Shown: positions 57,197 through 60,258 of the stretch, one piece after another | Position numbering within the stretch: the first letter of the stretch is position 1 | Layout: the number at the start of each line of letters is the position of its first letter | From: a virus | Taxonomy: Duplodnaviria > Caudoviricetes | Virus record (IMG/VR): IMGVR_UViG_3300007514_000008 | Location: 1-60,258 of that record | Strand: one strand, 5' to 3' | Length of the DNA stretch: 60,258 bases | Position numbers and translations under genes: made by a program | The notes under the pieces: model-generated | Told to the model about the DNA's origin: nothing | What the model saw: only the letters and a program-made list of their open reading frames with translations | The model's database searches: none

Positions 57197-57514
57197 ATGG
57201 AAAATTTTTTAGAATTATACGCAGAAGCAGGAATGATAGGAGTCGTAGGGGCAATGTTTGTCTTTATGGTATATCAAAATGCTAAGAGAGCAGAGTCACA
57301 AGCTGAGGCTATACAGAATCTTAAAATTGAAAATGAAGCACAGTCAAAAGATTTAGAGAATATTGAGTCGATTGTGCTTAAATTCTTAGATAGATGGAAC
57401 AGGTCTGATGAAGTCAGAGACAGACGACATGAAGATATGATTAAAGAGATTAATGATTTGTCTGATGTAATGATGGAAGTAAAAGGCTCAGTTTCTAGAA
57501 TAAATGGTAAGTAA
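57197..57514 (+). CDS. Holin-like protein (BhlA-type topology)
   Basis: N-terminal TM GMIGVVGAMFVFMVY plus coiled coil. Confidence 0.55.
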   Translation: MENFLELYAEAGMIGVVGAMFVFMVYQNAKRAESQAEAIQNLKIENEAQSKDLENIESIVLKFLDRWNRSDEVRDRRHEDMIKEINDLSDVMMEVKGSVSRINGK

Positions 57515-57526
57515 AGGAGAGTTGAA

Positions 57527-57712
57527 ATGAAAAGTAAAAGTAAAATGGCAACTGCACAAGCAGAGCAAAAACAAATTAATCTTGATGAACAGATGAAGGC
57601 AATAGAGAATCAGATAGCAGAGCTAAGGGGAGTCTATAATTACTTAAAGTCTCTTTCTGAACAAGGTGCTTCTGTCTCAATATCTAGTAATGGCTCAGAA
57701 GAAACAAACTAA
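57527..57712 (+). CDS. Small coiled-coil protein
   Basis: SD AAGGAG. Confidence 0.55.
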   Translation: MKSKSKMATAQAEQKQINLDEQMKAIENQIAELRGVYNYLKSLSEQGASVSISSNGSEETN

Positions 57713-57935
57713 AGAATGGGAATGGAGATATGGTCTTGAAGGCGTTCTTGGAGAGTTGAACGCCCATAATAAGAATGTCTATCATCACATTAAAAGAATT
57801 GATAAGCATCTCGCAGAGATAAATGGCTCTGTTAGAAAGCATGATATTATCATTTCAAAATGGAAAGGCGTAGCTATTGGTGTAATAGCAGTATCTACAC
57901 TTGTTTCAAGTATAGTTGGACTAATAATAAAATAA
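57690..57935 (+). CDS. Coiled coil plus C-terminal TM protein (XhlA/holin-like topology)
   Basis: Start refined to the ATG at 57690; C-terminal GVAIGVIAVSTLVSSIVGLII. Confidence 0.55.
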   Translation: MAQKKQTKEWEWRYGLEGVLGELNAHNKNVYHHIKRIDKHLAEINGSVRKHDIIISKWKGVAIGVIAVSTLVSSIVGLIIK

Positions 57936-57945
57936 GGAGTAAATA

Positions 57946-58107
57946 ATGGATATTTCACAATGGTTAGTGGAAAATTGGGAATACGTAGCAATTGGAATCC
58001 TCCTGCTAGATAAGGCAGTTGCACTATCCCCGATGAAACAAGATGACTTAATTTGGGCATCTGTTAAGGGAGCAGTAATGAAACTAGCAGGAAAGGACAA
58101 AAAATAA
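57946..58107 (+). CDS. Small holin-like membrane protein (53 aa), absent from the ORF track
   Basis: SD AAGGAG; MDISQWLVENWEYVAIGILLLDKAVALSPMKQDDLIW... Confidence 0.6.
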   Translation: MDISQWLVENWEYVAIGILLLDKAVALSPMKQDDLIWASVKGAVMKLAGKDKK

Positions 58108-58346
58108 TGTTAAAATCTTATAAATTACTTGGAAGATTCATCGCAAGGCAAAAGCATAACATGGGTATTGCTAAAGCAGTTGTTGAGTTTGCTGAATTCG
58201 CAGCTAAGATGACTCCATCTAAGAAAGATGACAAGTTTGTTGAAGACCTCAAGAAGTTTGTTGGCAAAGCTAGTAAGTCCGTTTCAAAAGCTTCTAAAGT
58301 TAAAAAAGAAGTTGATGACGTAGTAAAAGCAGTAAAAAAGAAGTAA
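58107..58346 (+). CDS. Basic protein sharing a (S/T)PxKxDD motif with the upstream ORF
   Basis: MTPSKKDD versus LSPMKQDD; TAATG coupling. Confidence 0.55.
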   Translation: MLKSYKLLGRFIARQKHNMGIAKAVVEFAEFAAKMTPSKKDDKFVEDLKKFVGKASKSVSKASKVKKEVDDVVKAVKKK

Positions 58347-58352
58347 TGTTTA

Positions 58353-60152
58353 ATGGCAAACAAGGCAGAAAAGTTAGTAGCCTTTCATGGGGGCTTAAAC
58401 GATAATACTGACCCTAAAGACATATCTGAAGATGAATTATCTGATGTTGTAGATTGTTCTGTTAGTAGAGTTGGTAGAATAGGAGTTCTTGGAGGTTCTG
58501 GCGGTACTTTAACTAGTCTTAACGACGCTACTGTCAAACCTGTAAAGGATTATGGATTATTTTACTTTAGTACAGACAGGGATAAAGATGGGGCGCAGAA
58601 ATCTGAAGATTGGTTAGCTTTGTATGATTCTGCTGATGGTGAAATTAAGTTCTATTACAGGGATAAGCAGGGAAGTTCCCCAGCTATATCCTCAACCATA
58701 AAAGATTCATTTGTAGAGGAAGGAGGTTGGGCATCTGCCAAGCCTTCATTTTATTTAGCCGATGGTATATTAAGATATTCTAATGGTGACTTTGGTTCAA
58801 GCACCAATAATAGGGTACATCAATACTCTGATAGAAAATTTTTTGAAAAAGATACTGTTACTCCTCATTTAGAAACTACAGGTAATTGGGATGCTACTAG
58901 TTCTGAGGTTACTAATTTAGCAAGTGTAAGTGGATTAAATGTCGGAGATTTAGCCGTGGGGACTGGGATACCTGCAGACACAACAGTATTATCTATTGAT
59001 GGTTCTTCTTGTGTTCTCTCTAATGTTCCTACATCAACACAAACTGGAGGTGATATAGATTTTTCTAATCCAGCTATCGTTTTAAGACAAGGATGGAATA
59101 ATTTCGACCAAGAATTAAAATCATTTGATAGTATTGGAGTTTCTCTTGCAATAGATAATTCCCAAGATGAAGGTCCAGATGATGCTACTGTTGGTACTGC
59201 TTTAGGAAAAATTATATTATCTTATTGGACAAGTGCAGATGGACAATGGAATGGCTCATTTCAATTTGCAGCATCTCCAATATATCATCAAGGTGGAATC
59301 GGTCCATTGTCTGAATTTGGCACTACTGTTAATTTTCACGAGAACAAGGTATCGTTTCAGTTACATATTTCTAGAACTAATTCTACATCGGCTACTGTCC
59401 ATCCATTTTCAGATGATAGAATTATTGGAGTAAGGGTTCACTTTAGAAGTCATGGTGCTGATAAATGGCATAAATTAAAAGATTTTGATATGTTAAAGGG
59501 GGGAAAATTTAATTGGCTTGAGTATGATGGGGCTTCAGATAAGGCAAAGGGTATCTTTAATGGGAATATCTCTGATGTTACTATTGCAAATAATACTTTA
59601 ACAAATTATACAAGGTCTTGTAGTTATAATAATTCTTCTTCTACTATAACGCATAGTGAAGATTCTAATATCATAAAAGGTCTTGATGTTGATGGGACTG
59701 ATATTCCTGCTAACGCTACTATTAGCAGTATTATTTCTCCTGTTCAATTCTCTATAGCACCTTATACAACCACAGCTGCGTCAGGTAGTGCAACTTTAAC
59801 CTTTAATGATTTACCTGCTCAGAAAAGGTCTTATACTTCGTCTGTGGCTAGTTTTACCGTTACTAATAGTGCTAGTGGGTTTTCAGGCAGACAGGGCTTC
59901 TTAAGATTATGGGGTCCACACAATGAACCCATATGGAAAAATATTAATGATGATGGTACTCCTATTCCTTTATCTGGAGCATCTCATTCAATGAATATTA
60001 CTACACCGGGAGAGGGGTCAAGGGAGTTTCAAGTTGAATTACTTGATGAAACTTTTGCGGTTGTGGCTAAAAGCGATAAGGTCAAAATTGTCATTTCTGA
60101 TTCAGGAAACACACCACCACCAGTATATAGTGACAACACAGGCTCTAGTTAA
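58353..60152 (+). CDS. Tail stabilisation/nozzle-like protein, N-terminal part
   Basis: N-terminal FHGGLNDNTDPKDI...DC...GRI signature of podovirus tail proteins; two inserted VxGTxIPAxxT modules. Confidence 0.65.
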   Translation: MANKAEKLVAFHGGLNDNTDPKDISEDELSDVVDCSVSRVGRIGVLGGSGGTLTSLNDATVKPVKDYGLFYFSTDRDKDGAQKSEDWLALYDSADGEIKFYYRDKQGSSPAISSTIKDSFVEEGGWASAKPSFYLADGILRYSNGDFGSSTNNRVHQYSDRKFFEKDTVTPHLETTGNWDATSSEVTNLASVSGLNVGDLAVGTGIPADTTVLSIDGSSCVLSNVPTSTQTGGDIDFSNPAIVLRQGWNNFDQELKSFDSIGVSLAIDNSQDEGPDDATVGTALGKIILSYWTSADGQWNGSFQFAASPIYHQGGIGPLSEFGTTVNFHENKVSFQLHISRTNSTSATVHPFSDDRIIGVRVHFRSHGADKWHKLKDFDMLKGGKFNWLEYDGASDKAKGIFNGNISDVTIANNTLTNYTRSCSYNNSSSTITHSEDSNIIKGLDVDGTDIPANATISSIISPVQFSIAPYTTTAASGSATLTFNDLPAQKRSYTSSVASFTVTNSASGFSGRQGFLRLWGPHNEPIWKNINDDGTPIPLSGASHSMNITTPGEGSREFQVELLDETFAVVAKSDKVKIVISDSGNTPPPVYSDNTGSS

Positions 60153-60258
60153 GGATGCTAAAGAGCAATTTCCTAAGTACGATTTTTACTTAGTTGGTTC
60201 AATGGCAAGATTAAATCCACGACCAAATGATATAGATATAGGAATCATTCCTAATAAG
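60130..60258 (+). CDS. 5' part of the junction-spanning nucleotidyltransferase (continues to 434)
   Basis: GTG ACA ACA CAG GCT... is in frame with ORF 63..434 and encodes FYLVGS...DIDI. The SD is weak, so the start codon is uncertain. Confidence 0.65.
   Translation, partial: MTTQALVKDAKEQFPKYDFYLVGSMARLNPRPNDIDIGIIPNK
60140..60258. repeat. Terminal direct repeat, copy 2
   Basis: Identical to 1-119. Confidence 0.97.

Noticed and set aside
60140-60258. 119-bp terminal repeat as a biological direct terminal repeat
   Set aside because: It falls inside coding sequence and its length matches a typical assembler k-mer overlap; best read as circular closure.

Overview
The window is an apparently complete, circularly permuted genome (60,139 bp unique; bases 1-119 repeat exactly at 60140-60258) of an AT-rich, lytic-looking podovirus-type tailed phage. 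I saw no integrase, DNA polymerase or primase. There are two main transcription blocks. (1) A + strand late block runs from 37.3 kb through the junction to 23.5 kb: putative TerS, metallophosphoesterase, TerL, M15 endolysin, portal, scaffold, major capsid, connector and tail fibre genes, small holin-like membrane proteins, a tail protein in two ORFs separated by a nucleotidyltransferase, and a set of putative ejected proteins. The latter include a 3181-aa protein with the ordered catalytic motifs of a single-chain two-barrel (crAss/phi14:2-like) virion RNA polymerase. (2) A - strand early/replication block (37.1 to 23.6 kb) encodes a 2H phosphoesterase, ParB-like protein, Cas4-like nuclease, Sak-type annealase, SSB, DUF932 protein, Dam-family methylase, DnaB and a RuvC-like resolvase. 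The most unusual signal is non-coding: the early region (33.2-36.7 kb) is packed with stem-closed structured elements. These are a ~466-nt multi-stem RNA, a tandem array of four stem-closed units, tRNA-sized three-way junctions sharing one architecture, and a further ~150-nt element, flanking a 2H phosphoesterase gene. Strong Shine-Dalgarno use and sigma70-like promoters argue against a Bacteroidota host despite the crAss-like polymerase. All calls come from manual motif reading; no database searches or folding programs were run.
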